Translations under genes and position numbers: made by a program | Shown: positions 13,331-23,981 of the stretch, in pieces | How the letters are laid out: the number at the start of each line of letters is the position of its first letter | Position numbering within the stretch: position 1 is the stretch's first letter | The notes under the pieces: model-generated | Databases searched by the model: none | What the model was told of the DNA's origin: nothing | What the model saw: only the letters and a program-made list of their open reading frames with translations | Assembly (NCBI RefSeq): GCF_963921235.1 | Contig: NC_086107.1 | Coordinates: 103,480,001 to 103,544,000 of the forward strand | Source of the DNA: Mobula hypostoma | Lineage: Eukaryota | Direction: 5' to 3' | DNA: 64,000 nucleotides

Positions 13331-13545
13331 GTTGGGTTGAGTTGTTCTCCAGTCTTGGCAATTTACTTGAAACGTTTCATCACCACACGAGGAGACATCA
13401 TCAGTGTGCTGTTGAACGTGGTGTGTCCTCCTTTAGGGACAGGCATTCGGAGGACACATTTAACAGCGCACTAATGATGTCTCCTCGCATGGTGACAAAT
13501 CGTTTGCAAGTGAATTGCCAAGATTGGAGAACAATTCAATCCAAC
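13331..13545. mobile_element. Second Penelope-like family, imperfect inverted repeat with hammerhead motifs
   Basis: Arms ~13331-13431 and ~13449-13545; minus strand reads CTGATGA-TGTCTCCTCGTGTGGTGAT-GAAACGTT; inserted in a Rex1-derived repeat (13165-13857). Confidence 0.7.
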
Positions 13546-14297
13546 AGTTACTACTCTTCAGCCATAAGGTTCCTGGACAAGTGTGGATCACTTCACTCAC
13601 CTCAGCACTGAACTGATTCCACAACCTATGCACTCAATTTCAGGGACTGTACAACTCATGTTCTCGGTGTTCTTTTACTTTTATTTGTTTTTTTATATTA
13701 GCACTGTGTTGTCTTTTGCACATTAGCTGTCTGTCTTCATGCATAGTTTACCATTGTTTCTATTATGTTTCTTTTTTCTTCTGTGAATGCCCACAAGAAA
13801 ATAAATCTCAGGGTAGTATATGGTGACATATTTGAAAACAAATCTGCTTTGAACTTCGATAAGGTGTAAATTGAGTTACAAGTACTTTGACAATGTGGCG
13901 AGAAAGGTAGATGTAGCAAGGTATCATTAACCTGTCCTTATTAGGCCTCTTCAGCTATGCTCTTTCTGTTATTTCTGCCAATTTATAAATAGAATACATA
14001 TTTTTTGAGCTCTTCTGTACATCTAATAAACCACTCTAGTGTATTGACTTGTTACTTAGGCAAAAAAAACTGGCTAGTATGCATTTACCAAGGTCTGGAA
14101 GTGGGGAGGAACTTGTTAATATGTTTCTGGAGGTGGCTGAGGGAGCAATCTTGGCCAACGCGCAGTGTTTCCAGAATTATTTTGAACGGTGTTGTTTGCA
14201 TCCACCTGTTGGCTGTGATTCAGCCTCATTGCTTGAAAATCAGCATGTCTTAGAGTGCTGAATTGAAGTGGCAACCATGCCATGTATCTTTGGTCCC

Positions 14298-14670
14298 AGT
14301 CAGATCCTTTACTCCCAGTTGAAGGAAGGTCAGTGAGCCCCTGCTGGGCTAAGGAAACACTTTAAAGTTAACGTTAAAATCAACCTGAAGAAATTCAGCA
14401 TTACATCTGAAAACAGGGAAGACAGTGTACAGGAAACCTGTTCGAAGGGAGCCGCACTACGCGAGTGCGATCTCCGCTGTGCCGCAGAGAACAAACGGCA
14501 GCTGTGAAAGGAGAGATTGAACAACCAGAAATCCCAACCACTAACCCCACCCACCACTTACTTGTGTCCACACTGCACCAGAATATGTGGATCCTGGATT
14601 GACCTTTGCAGCCACCTGAGGACATACCAGTAGACAATCCCTCACGCAACTCGAGTGAATCACGCTCGTG
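14298..14670 (+). mobile_element. RTE-clade LINE 3' fragment
   Basis: Encodes CPHCTRICGSWIDLCSHLRT, resembling the RTE C-terminal zinc finger; 10-bp TSD CTTTGGTCCC at 14288-14297 and 14671-14680. Confidence 0.8.
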
Positions 14671-14769
14671 CTTTGGTCCCTTACAGCAACTTATACAAAG
14701 CAGGTTTGAAAGTCAACACCAAAAATATTTCTAATAACTGAAACCATTGTCTTTTCAGATTAATTAGTC

Positions 14770-14797
14770 CTATCTATCTATCTATCTATCTATCTAT
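14770..14797. repeat. (CTAT)n microsatellite
   Basis: About 7 tandem CTAT units. Confidence 0.9.
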
Positions 14798-15471
14798 CCA
14801 GTTGTTTGTCAGTCTTAGTGTGTTGTTTTTCTTTGATTTGGTTATATTTCTTTGTTCTACTGTGAAAGCCTACAAGAAAATTAATGTCTGGGTTGTATAT
14901 GGTAATTTACAATATACTTTGATGAGTCTGACTTGAACTTTGACGCTTCTTGTTTAGCTAAAGGTGTCTCCTGTTGAGTGTATGGCCCCAGTTAACTGGT
15001 GAGCCGGAGTTTCAAACCACTTCCTACTGAGTACAGCTTCAGAGATTGAAAGGCAGTTAATAGTCATCATAACTGAAACTTACTGATACCCTCATGCAGA
15101 AATGGTTAGGGTGTGGAATGGAAACAACACTCTGCTTTCTGAGTTTGGGTTTAATTCAGTGCTTGTAAAAAGGGTTGATACCTTCTTGTAGCCAGTCTGT
15201 TAGCCCCAGCCTTTTTCCTGTTACAGAAAAGCCTACAAAAAGAGCAGAGCAAGGTCCAGTCCATTACGAGTAAAGCTCTGCCCACCATTCAGTATGCGTA
15301 CAAGGAGCGCTGCCACAAGAGTGCAGCATCACTCTTCAGGGACCCCCACCATCCAGGCCACGCTCTCTTCTCACTGCTGCAATTGGGAAGGAAGTACAGG
15401 AGATTTATGTCCCACACACACCACCGGGTTCAGGAACAGTTATTACCCTTCAACCATCACGCTCCTGAACC

Positions 15472-15742
15472 CTTCAGAATTTTCTCTAATTCTGCATAAA
15501 TAGACCTAAAATGTGATCAGATCTTCACATGTCCTAAAACTAGATAAAAATAACCCAATTAAATAAATAACACAAAAACATTATACTTGTTCATTTATTT
15601 GTTGAGAAAAATGATCCAATATTATATGTATTTGTTGAAAGTATGTGACCCTTTGATTTCAGTAACTGGTGTGGCTCCTCTGTAACAGCAATAACTTCAA
15701 CCAAATGTTTCTGCTAACTGTTCCACAATTCTGCACATCGGC
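15472..15742 (-). mobile_element. Tc1/mariner transposon terminal fragment
   Basis: Minus strand resembles the Tc1 transposase C-terminus (VIA...GGAT) followed by an AT-rich terminal region; interrupts a Rex1-derived repeat. Confidence 0.5.
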
Positions 15743-15899
15743 TGCCATCAAGTAGGAGGTACAGGAGCCTCAGGACCCACGGCACCAGGTTCAGAAACAG
15801 TTATTACCCCTCAATTATCAGGCTCTTGAACCAGAAGGAGGGAACTCAACTTCACTCACCCCAACAGTGAACTGTTCCCACAACCTGTAGACTCATTTT

Positions 15900-16050
15900 A
15901 AAGCAACACGCACAGCACGCTAGAGGAACTCAGCAGGTTGGGCAGCATCCATGGAAACGTTTCCACGGATGCTGCCCAACCTGCTGAGTTCCTCCAGCGT
16001 GTTGTGCGTGTTGCTTTGACCCCAACATCTGCAGAGTATTTTGTGTTTAC
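15900..16050. mobile_element. Penelope-like fold-back palindrome (59-bp arms, 3 mismatches, no spacer) plus tail
   Basis: Arms 15900-15958 and 15959-16017; 14-bp TSD GACTCATTTTAAAG at 15890-15903 and 16051-16064. Confidence 0.85.
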
Positions 16051-16622
16051 GACTCATTTTAAAGGAACTCTTCATCTCATCCTTGATATTTGTTGCTTAT
16101 TTATTTATTATTATTTTGTTTTCATTTTTTATTTACACGGTTTGTTATCTTGTTTATCTGTCTCTGTGTGCAGTTTTTCATTAATTCTTTTGTGCTTCTT
16201 TGTATTTACTGTGAATGCCTACAAGAAAATGAAACTCAAAAGTTGTATACGGTGACATATATGTACTTTGATAATAAATTTACTTTGAACTTTGACTTCT
16301 ATCCTCAAAATCAATGCCACCATTCTTCATGTTATCTGCAGTTTTACTAATCTGACCACAGAGGAAACACTTCCTGTGAACATTTGCATCTCCCTGGAAC
16401 TATTATTAGAATCTGAATTTTAAAATGGCAGATTTTTAAGAAAATATGAAATGATTGTGCTGGAATTGCATCTTTTGAGCAGGGAATATCCTTGGCATTG
16501 AACAACTTCACTTTTGCAGCCTGAATGGGACCTACTTCAACAGCTCGTTAATCTTTGACACTTTGCACTGTGCAGTTTACACAAGTAAGTCAAGTACTTA
16601 CATTTTTTAGTTCAGAATTTCA

Positions 16623-16957
16623 GCAGGGCAGCAGAGTCCCAGAACAATTAGCACAATCGCTTTACCGCACCAGCAATCGCGGATTGGAATTTGGTCCCTG
16701 CTGTCATGTGTAAGGAGTTTGTAAGATCTGTCCATGACTGTAGGGGTTTCCTTTTCTCCCATGACTGCCAGGTATTCCTCTGGATGCTCGGGTTTCCTTG
16801 CACATTTCAAAGCCGATGGTTAGGGTTTAGGTTAGTAAGTTGTGGTCAAGCTATGTTGGCAATTGAACTGCAGCAGCACCTGCAGGCTGTTCCCAGCGCA
16901 ATCCTCACACTGTGTGGCTGATGCAAAAACAACACATTTCACTGTATATTTTGATGT
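16623..16957 (+). mobile_element. V-SINE-like SINE, decayed
   Basis: TGTAAGGAGTTTGT...GGGTTTCC core shared with the other V-SINE-like copies. Confidence 0.55.
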
Positions 16958-17318
16958 GCCGTGTTGTATGACATGGATGATCATAGTCTTTCCATGACCA
17001 CGACAGTTCTTGGTAAATTTTTCTGCAGATGTGGTTTGCCATTGTCTTCTTCTGGGCAGTGTCTTTACAAGACGGGCGACCTCATTGTCAGTTGTCGATA
17101 CTGTTCAGAGATTGTCTGCCCGGTGGCAGTGGCTGTATAACTAGGGCTTGTGATATGCACCAGCTGCTCACACGGGCATCCACCGCCTGCTCCTGTGGCT
17201 TCATGTGACCCTGATCCGGGGACTAAGCAAGTGCTACATTTTGCCCAAGAGTGACCTGCAGCCCAGCAGAGTGAAGGAATGCCTTACACCTCCTTTGGTA
17301 GAGATCTATCTCCACCAC
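16955..17318 (-). mobile_element. Dispersed SINE-like repeat (family D)
   Basis: Reverse complement of 60139-60493; partial copy at 32605-32810. Confidence 0.65.
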
Positions 17319-17880
17319 GTCACCCTATATTTTGATGTACATGTGACAGATAAAAGATTATCTTATAAACTTGACCCAAACCACCTTCCCATTTGTTTGC
17401 TTGCCAAAGAATATACACTCCTTGGTCACTTTATTAGATACACCTGTAGACCTGTTATAGCATTCAAGCCCTGCCGCAGCTGTCAAGCAAATGGGATAGC
17501 ATTCTATTGATAAGTGACAATGAAGTTTATAGGACTACAGTTATTTATTGTAAAGGAAGCTTTAACAGCTTGCAAGTGTCTCAGTCAGAAAGTCCCATTC
17601 TAAGACTTGCAGTGAATAATTCAGACTGATTCAGCAGTGTTGTACTTGAGACCTGACACAGTATCAGAGGAGTCATCTTTCAGATTAAGCCAAAGTGCAT
17701 CATGCTTATTCAGCTGGGGACAGAAATTCCCAAAGGCACTTTTTGAAATGCAGGGATTGCTCCTGGCTTGCATTCAGTCTTTCATTGGAATAGCTAAATT
17801 AAGCCAGCTCAACATATTACATTTATAGCCTGCAAAACATGACAAAGACTACAAAGTACTGTGATTTTGTATCCAAATGT

Positions 17881-18038
17881 AAACAACAGGAATTCTGCAG
17901 ATGCTGGAAATTCAAGCAACACACATCAAAGTTGCTGGTGAACGCAGCAGGCCAAGCAGCATCTATAGGAAGAGGCCTCTTCCTATAGATGCTGCTTGGC
18001 CTGCTGCGTTCACCAGCAACTTTGATGTGTGTTGCTTG
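17881..18038. mobile_element. Penelope-like perfect 126-bp palindrome plus 32-nt tail
   Basis: 17913-17975 is the exact reverse complement of 17976-18038; TSD TTGTATCCAAATGTA at 17867-17881 and 18036-18050. Confidence 0.9.
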
Positions 18039-18190
18039 TATCCAAATGTACTTGCTTGTGTGATTAGTTGTGAAGCTGGGGGGAGGGGTGTACCCATGAA
18101 AGGTACTAAAATGCAAGACAATTTTTTTTGTGCGGCCATAATTTGTCGAAATAGTAATTTCCACCCCCCCCCCACCCTAAAGCTCAAGCT

Positions 18191-18393
18191 AGCCGGTGGT
18201 GTAGTGGCATCAGCATCGGACTTTGAGGCGAATGGTTCCGAGTTTGAATCCGGCCGGGTCCTTGCACGCTTTCCAACCAAGCTAGGTTGAGTGTCGAGCT
18301 AGCAACTCAGCCTCATAAAAAACAGTCAAAATACTATGGAAATGACAAAAGTGCCTCCTGATGTGCCACATGGCACGAAAAAGGAACAACAAC
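18191..18393 (+). mobile_element. tRNA-derived SINE (family B)
   Basis: GCCGGTGGTGTAGTGG A box, GAGTTTGAATCC B box, (AAC)n tail. Confidence 0.75.
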
Positions 18394-19043
18394 CCAAAGT
18401 TCAAAGTAGTTCACAGTAAAGTTTATTATCACCATATATGTCACCACATACAACCCTGAGATTCTTTTTTCATTGAGGACAAAGAGAAAGTGGACCCATG
18501 TTCATTGTTTCTGTTTCTGGTTCTCGTACAATAATGCAGATCATTCAGACCAACTCGTCCTTGCTGGTATCTATGCTCCTCCCATTCTAATTCGATCAGC
18601 CTTTCCTTTCACTTCCTTCTTCCTCATTCAAGATAATTTGCCCCTAATTAAATGCGGTTGAAGTTGCATTGTATCCATTAATACTACCAGCAAAGATTTA
18701 CATAGAATTTCACTTCAGTGATTTGTTTTAAAAGGGAAATGAGTTGTCTCAAAGGTCCAGACACTTCTTTATTGTTCTTTGTTTAATTCTGTGCGTTGGC
18801 TGCCCTATATAAAGTTATTGGAATTGAAACTTGTTGATAAGCAGTTACTTATTATGATGCTTATTCTCCAGTTTTTCAGTGATTCTGTGTTAACTTCATC
18901 GGCTTTACTTAATGTCAGCGTCACCCGGCAATGATACAAGCCTCCATGTGCTATCAAAGAAAAAGAATTATAACTTCGGTGTTTTCAAAGTTGAAATCTA
19001 ATCAAGTTTGATAAGCTTGTTCTGAGTGTAATCCCTTCTCAAT

Positions 19044-19127
19044 CATAGAACATAGAACAATACAGCACAGCACGGGAACAGGCCCTTCAGCCCACAGTGT
19101 TGTGTTGTACCAGCTAAAAAGCAAATC
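19044..19127 (-). mobile_element. CR1-like LINE 3' tail, left part of the host split by L1
   Basis: CATAGAACATAGAAC tail; continues at 25050; an uninterrupted relative lies at 45508-46028. Confidence 0.85.
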
Positions 19128-19482
19128 TTTCTTTCTTTTTAAATCTTTTTATTGAGTAAGTATACAAAAAAGGTAAGCCATATAAACATTAATACAATGT
19201 TAAAGTATAATAAAATTCCAAAAGGTAACAATACCAAAAAGAAAATACTACAAACAATGTAATTTAAGCATAAGAAACCAAGATAACATAATAGTATACT
19301 AGATTTTATATATATCAATGGAAAAAAAGAAAAAAAAACCCCCAAAAAAAACCCACCGTGCAACTAACTAAAAGCAAAGCAAAGCAATGGGCTAACTTGA
19401 AACCAAACAGAGTTAAACTTAAAATCACGTCCTCAATCCCGACCTCCATTAAAACAGTGAAAAAAAACAAGAAGGGTAAATA

Positions 19483-22400
19483 TTACATTAAATGAAAATA
19501 TCGAATAAAAGGTCCCCAAATCTGTTCAAATTTAAATGAAGAATCATAAAGGTTACTTCTAATTTTCTCCAGATTCAAACATAAAATCGTCTGAGAAAAC
19601 CAAAAAAAGGTAGTTGGAGCATTAAGCTCTTTCCAATGTTGTAAAATACATCTTTTCGCCATTAAAGTAAGAAATGCAATCATTCTACGGGCTGAAGGGG
19701 AAAGATTACTAGAAATTTTAGGTAGTCCAAAGATAGCAGTAATAGGGTGAGGAGAGATATCTATATTTAATACCTTAGAAATAATATTGAAAATATCTCT
19801 CCAAAAAGTTTCCAAAGTAGGGCAAGACCAAAACATATGAGTTAAAGAGGCTATCTGCCCCGAACATCTATCACAGAAAGGATTAATATGCGAGTAAAAA
19901 CGCGCTAACTTATCTTTGGACATATGTGCTCTATGCACCACTTTAAATTGAATTAGGGAATGTTTAGCACAAATAGAGGAAGTATTAACTAATTGTAAAA
20001 TCTGCCCCCAATCATCCACAGAAATGGTAAGCCCCAATTCCTGTTCCCAATCTACCCTAATCTTATCAAATGGAGCTTTCCTGAGTTTCATAATAATATT
20101 ATAAATCATAGCCGATGCACCTTTCTGACATGGATTAAGGTTAATTATCGAATCTAAAATATATATAGGAGGAAGCATTGGAAAGGAAGGAAGTATAGTA
20201 CTTAGAAAATTTCTAACTTGTAAATATCTAAAAAAATGTATTCTTGATAGGTTATATTTATTAGATAATTGTTCAAAAGACATAAGGGAACCATCTAAAA
20301 ATAAATCCAAAAACCGTAAAATACCCTTAGTCTTCCAAGTTTGAAAAGCGCGATCCGTAAAAGAGGGAGGAAAAAATATGTTACCTAAAATAGGAATCGC
20401 TAACCCGAATTGATTAAGATCAAAAAATTTTCTGAATTGAAACCAAATACGCAAAGCATATTTAACGATCGGGTTAGAGACCTGCTTAAGGCGTTTCGAA
20501 TCAAAAGGAAGAGATGAACCTAAAATAGAACCAAGTGTATAACCCTGAACAGATTGTAATTCCAATGCTACCCATTTAGGAATAGATAGTATATCCCGGT
20601 CAAGTAACCAAAATTTCATATGTCGAATATTAATAGCCCAATAATAAAATCTAAAGTTAGGTAATGCTAAACCTCCATCTCTCTTAGCTTTCTGTAAATG
20701 TATTTTACCCAGTCTCGGATTCTTATTCTGCCAAATAAATGAAGAAATTTTAGAGTCGACTTTATCAAAAAAAGATTTAGGAACGAAAATTGGTAATGCC
20801 TGAAACACATATAAAAATTTTGGCAAAAAAAACATCTTAACTGCATTAATACGACCAATCAAAGTTAAATATAAAGGAAACCATTTAGATGAAAGTTGAG
20901 TAATATGGTCTATTAATGGTAAAAAGTTAGTCTTAAATAAATCTTTATGTTTACAAGTAATTTTAATCCCAAGATATGAAAGGTAATTATTAATCAATTT
21001 AAATGGAAATTTATAATATAAGGGAAGATGTTTATTAATCGGAAAAAGTTCACTCTTACTAAGATTTAATTTATAACCTGAGAAAAGACCAAATTGTGCT
21101 AATAACTCTAAAACAGCAGGAATAGATCTCTCAGGATTAGAAATATATAAAAGTAAATCATCAGCATAGAGTGATAATTTATGGGACTTTAATCCCCGAG
21201 TTATCCCAGTAATATTTGAAGATTCTCGAATAGCAATTGCAAGAGGTTCTAATGCAATATCAAATAATAGGGGACTAAGAGGACAGCCTTGTCGAGTACC
21301 ACGAAAGAGAGGAAAAAAAGGTGAGTTTAAAGAGTTAGTACGAACCGAGGCTACAGGGGAGTGATATAACAGTTTAATCCAGGATATAAATTTCAGGCTA
21401 AAATTAAACATTTCAAGCACCTTAAATAAATAAGGCCATTCTACTCTATCAAAAGCTTTCTCGGCATCTAAAGAAATAACACACTCAGGAACATTTTGTG
21501 AGGGAGTATAAACGATATTTAACAATGTACGAATATTATAAAAAGAGTAACGACCTTTAATAAAACCCGTTTGGTCTTCCGAAATAATAGAAGGAAGTAC
21601 TTTTTCTAGTCTATTTGCTAATAACTTAGAAAAAACTTTAGAATCAACATTTAATAAAGATATTGGTCTATAAGATGCACATTGAGCAGGGTCTTTATCC
21701 TTCTTTAGTATTAAAGAAATTGATGCTCTATTAAAAGATTCCGGAAGTTTACCAAGTTTCAAAGAAGCCTCAAAAACCTTATAGAGCCAAGGAATCAATA
21801 AAGAAGCAAAACATTTATAAAATTCAACGGTAAACCCATCAGGGCCAGGAGCTTTCCCCAGATTCATAGAAAAAATAACATTCTTAATCTCATCCATTGT
21901 AATGGAAGTATCTAATAAAGAAGACATATCCTGTGAAATCTGAGGAAAGTCTAACTTATCTAAAAAATCATTCATATATTTAGAATCTCGAGGAGACTCC
22001 GATTGATATAAAGAAGAATAAAAATCACAAAAGGTTTGATTAATCCCCACATGATCCAATATCAATCGATCATTTTGGTTATAAATCTGATTGATTTGAG
22101 ATTTAACATAATTAGATTTCAATTGATTAGCCAGCAACTTGCCAATTTTATCACTGTGAACATAAAAATCACTTCTTGTTTTCTTTAATTGGTTTACAAT
22201 CGAGGACGAGAGTAGTAAACTGTGTTCCATTTGGAGTTCAGTTCTTTGTTTGTATAGCTCCTCAGAAGGAGCCATAACATATTTCTTATCAATTTCTTTA
22301 ATCTTGTCCACAATTGCCATCTCCTCCTGCTTCTGTTTCTTCCTCAAAGCAACGGAATACGAAATAATCTGACCCCGAATATAGGCTTTAAAAGTGTCCC

Positions 22401-23259
22401 AAAGAGTGTTAACCGAAATATCTTCTGTATGGTTAATTATAAAAAAAAGCTCAATCTGTTCATTCATAAAATTAACAAAGTCCGAGTCCTGAAGCAACAG
22501 CGAATTAAAACGCCATTGTCTATTGTTTGGTATATTGGCCATAATTTTAATAGAAAGCTTAAGTGGAGCATGATCCGAAATGGTTATAGAATCATAATCA
22601 CATTTAATCACTGAAGGAATGAGACGAGAATCAATAAAAAAATAATCAATTCTTGAATAGGAATGATGAACATGTGAAAAAAAGGAAAAATCTTTTTCCT
22701 GAGGATGCAGAAAACGCCAAATATCCGTCGACCCAGAATCAGAAAGGAAAAAATTAATCAAATTTGCAGATTTATTAGGTAAAGTCCGTAAAGGAGCCGA
22801 ACGGTCCAAAGCTGGAGATAAACAGGTATTAAGATCTCCGCCCCAAATCAATGAAAACTCGTTCAAATTCGGAAACTGATCAAACAATGATTTATAAAAT
22901 TCCGGACAATCCATATTAGGAGCATAAACATTAACCAAAACTACTTTTTTATTAAATAGTAAACCACTAACCAATAAAAATCTACCATTCGGATCAGAGA
23001 TAATATCCTGTTGTATAAAAGTAACTGAGGAATCTATAAAAATAGAGACGCCTCGAATCTTAGCATTGGAGTTCGAATGAAATTGTTGGCCCTTCCAGAA
23101 TTTGAAAAAACGTAGTCTGTCCCCCCTCCGTACATGGGTCTCTTGTAAAAATAAAATTTGTGCTTTAAGTCTCCGGAACACTTTAAAAACTTTTTTTCTT
23201 TTAATAGGATGATTAAGACCATTAGTATTCCAGGAGACAAAATTAATAATAGACTCCAT
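19483..23259 (-). CDS. L1 ORF2p: APE endonuclease, reverse transcriptase and C-terminal CCHC (1258 aa from MESIINF)
   Basis: SWNTNGLN, LQETH, YAPN, GGDLN, SRIDY, SDHAP; GPDGF, YRPISLLN, DAEKAFD, QGCPLSP, LYADD, YLGI; CDRC-X8-H-X4-C. Confidence 0.96.
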   Translation of the reverse strand: MESIINFVSWNTNGLNHPIKRKKVFKVFRRLKAQILFLQETHVRRGDRLRFFKFWKGQQFHSNSNAKIRGVSIFIDSSVTFIQQDIISDPNGRFLLVSGLLFNKKVVLVNVYAPNMDCPEFYKSLFDQFPNLNEFSLIWGGDLNTCLSPALDRSAPLRTLPNKSANLINFFLSDSGSTDIWRFLHPQEKDFSFFSHVHHSYSRIDYFFIDSRLIPSVIKCDYDSITISDHAPLKLSIKIMANIPNNRQWRFNSLLLQDSDFVNFMNEQIELFFIINHTEDISVNTLWDTFKAYIRGQIISYSVALRKKQKQEEMAIVDKIKEIDKKYVMAPSEELYKQRTELQMEHSLLLSSSIVNQLKKTRSDFYVHSDKIGKLLANQLKSNYVKSQINQIYNQNDRLILDHVGINQTFCDFYSSLYQSESPRDSKYMNDFLDKLDFPQISQDMSSLLDTSITMDEIKNVIFSMNLGKAPGPDGFTVEFYKCFASLLIPWLYKVFEASLKLGKLPESFNRASISLILKKDKDPAQCASYRPISLLNVDSKVFSKLLANRLEKVLPSIISEDQTGFIKGRYSFYNIRTLLNIVYTPSQNVPECVISLDAEKAFDRVEWPYLFKVLEMFNFSLKFISWIKLLYHSPVASVRTNSLNSPFFPLFRGTRQGCPLSPLLFDIALEPLAIAIRESSNITGITRGLKSHKLSLYADDLLLYISNPERSIPAVLELLAQFGLFSGYKLNLSKSELFPINKHLPLYYKFPFKLINNYLSYLGIKITCKHKDLFKTNFLPLIDHITQLSSKWFPLYLTLIGRINAVKMFFLPKFLYVFQALPIFVPKSFFDKVDSKISSFIWQNKNPRLGKIHLQKAKRDGGLALPNFRFYYWAINIRHMKFWLLDRDILSIPKWVALELQSVQGYTLGSILGSSLPFDSKRLKQVSNPIVKYALRIWFQFRKFFDLNQFGLAIPILGNIFFPPSFTDRAFQTWKTKGILRFLDLFLDGSLMSFEQLSNKYNLSRIHFFRYLQVRNFLSTILPSFPMLPPIYILDSIINLNPCQKGASAMIYNIIMKLRKAPFDKIRVDWEQELGLTISVDDWGQILQLVNTSSICAKHSLIQFKVVHRAHMSKDKLARFYSHINPFCDRCSGQIASLTHMFWSCPTLETFWRDIFNIISKVLNIDISPHPITAIFGLPKISSNLSPSARRMIAFLTLMAKRCILQHWKELNAPTTFFWFSQTILCLNLEKIRSNLYDSSFKFEQIWGPFIRYFHLM

Positions 23260-23981
23260 AAATCCTAAAGTCAACCCACAACAAGGAGGATTGACAATAG
23301 GCGCGACCCACAAACCCGGAGAGGAAACAGAACATACAAAAGATACCGGGGAAAAGGACGCAACCAGTACTTCAATAATGTATATAGCCCAAAGAAAAAC
23401 AAACTAAAACGTGAAGCCCCTCCCGCCACCCCCCAACCCAAGATCCCAAGGCAAAATCTAAAGCAGACCCGCCAGAAAGAAGCAAGCGCTAAAACTACCC
23501 CCATGACTTCCGGTATACGCTCCCTAAAAAAAAGGTATAAATATGAAAAGGATCAGCTAATTGTAAAACAGTAAAAAAATAAGTAAAAAAAAGTTAGCTC
23601 AATTAGAATACACACAGAACAGAACAAAAGCCGGAAAATATATATTAAAAAAAAACCACAATAAACCTCAAACTCATGAATAGACACAGCAACAAAAAAA
23701 ATAGGATTATTAACATAAAGTGATTATAAAAAGCAAAACAGAATAAAATTTAAACAAAAACTACAAAATTTAAGGCCGCACAGGAAATACGTAAGATGAC
23801 AAAAGGGAAGTAACCACCCAGAATCCCCTGGGAAAAGAAAGAAATGACGCAGTTAAAAAGAAAGTTTAGTAGCCATATTAAGAAATCGAAAGTAAACTTT
23901 TCTGCCCAAATAGGGCACAGAAAAGTTAAAACCAACCAATTCACAGCCTCCGATCGACGGAGAAAATTAAAAAGAAAGCAA

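Noticed and set aside
13936..13945. Perfect CArG box CCTTATTAGG; near-CArG at 42805-42814
   Set aside because: Several matches are expected by chance in AT-rich 64 kb and there is no conservation evidence
23260..23313. N-terminal 18-aa extension of the 1276-aa ORF
   Set aside because: Starts at a non-ATG codon; APE homology begins at MESIINFVSWN, so ATG 23259 is preferred
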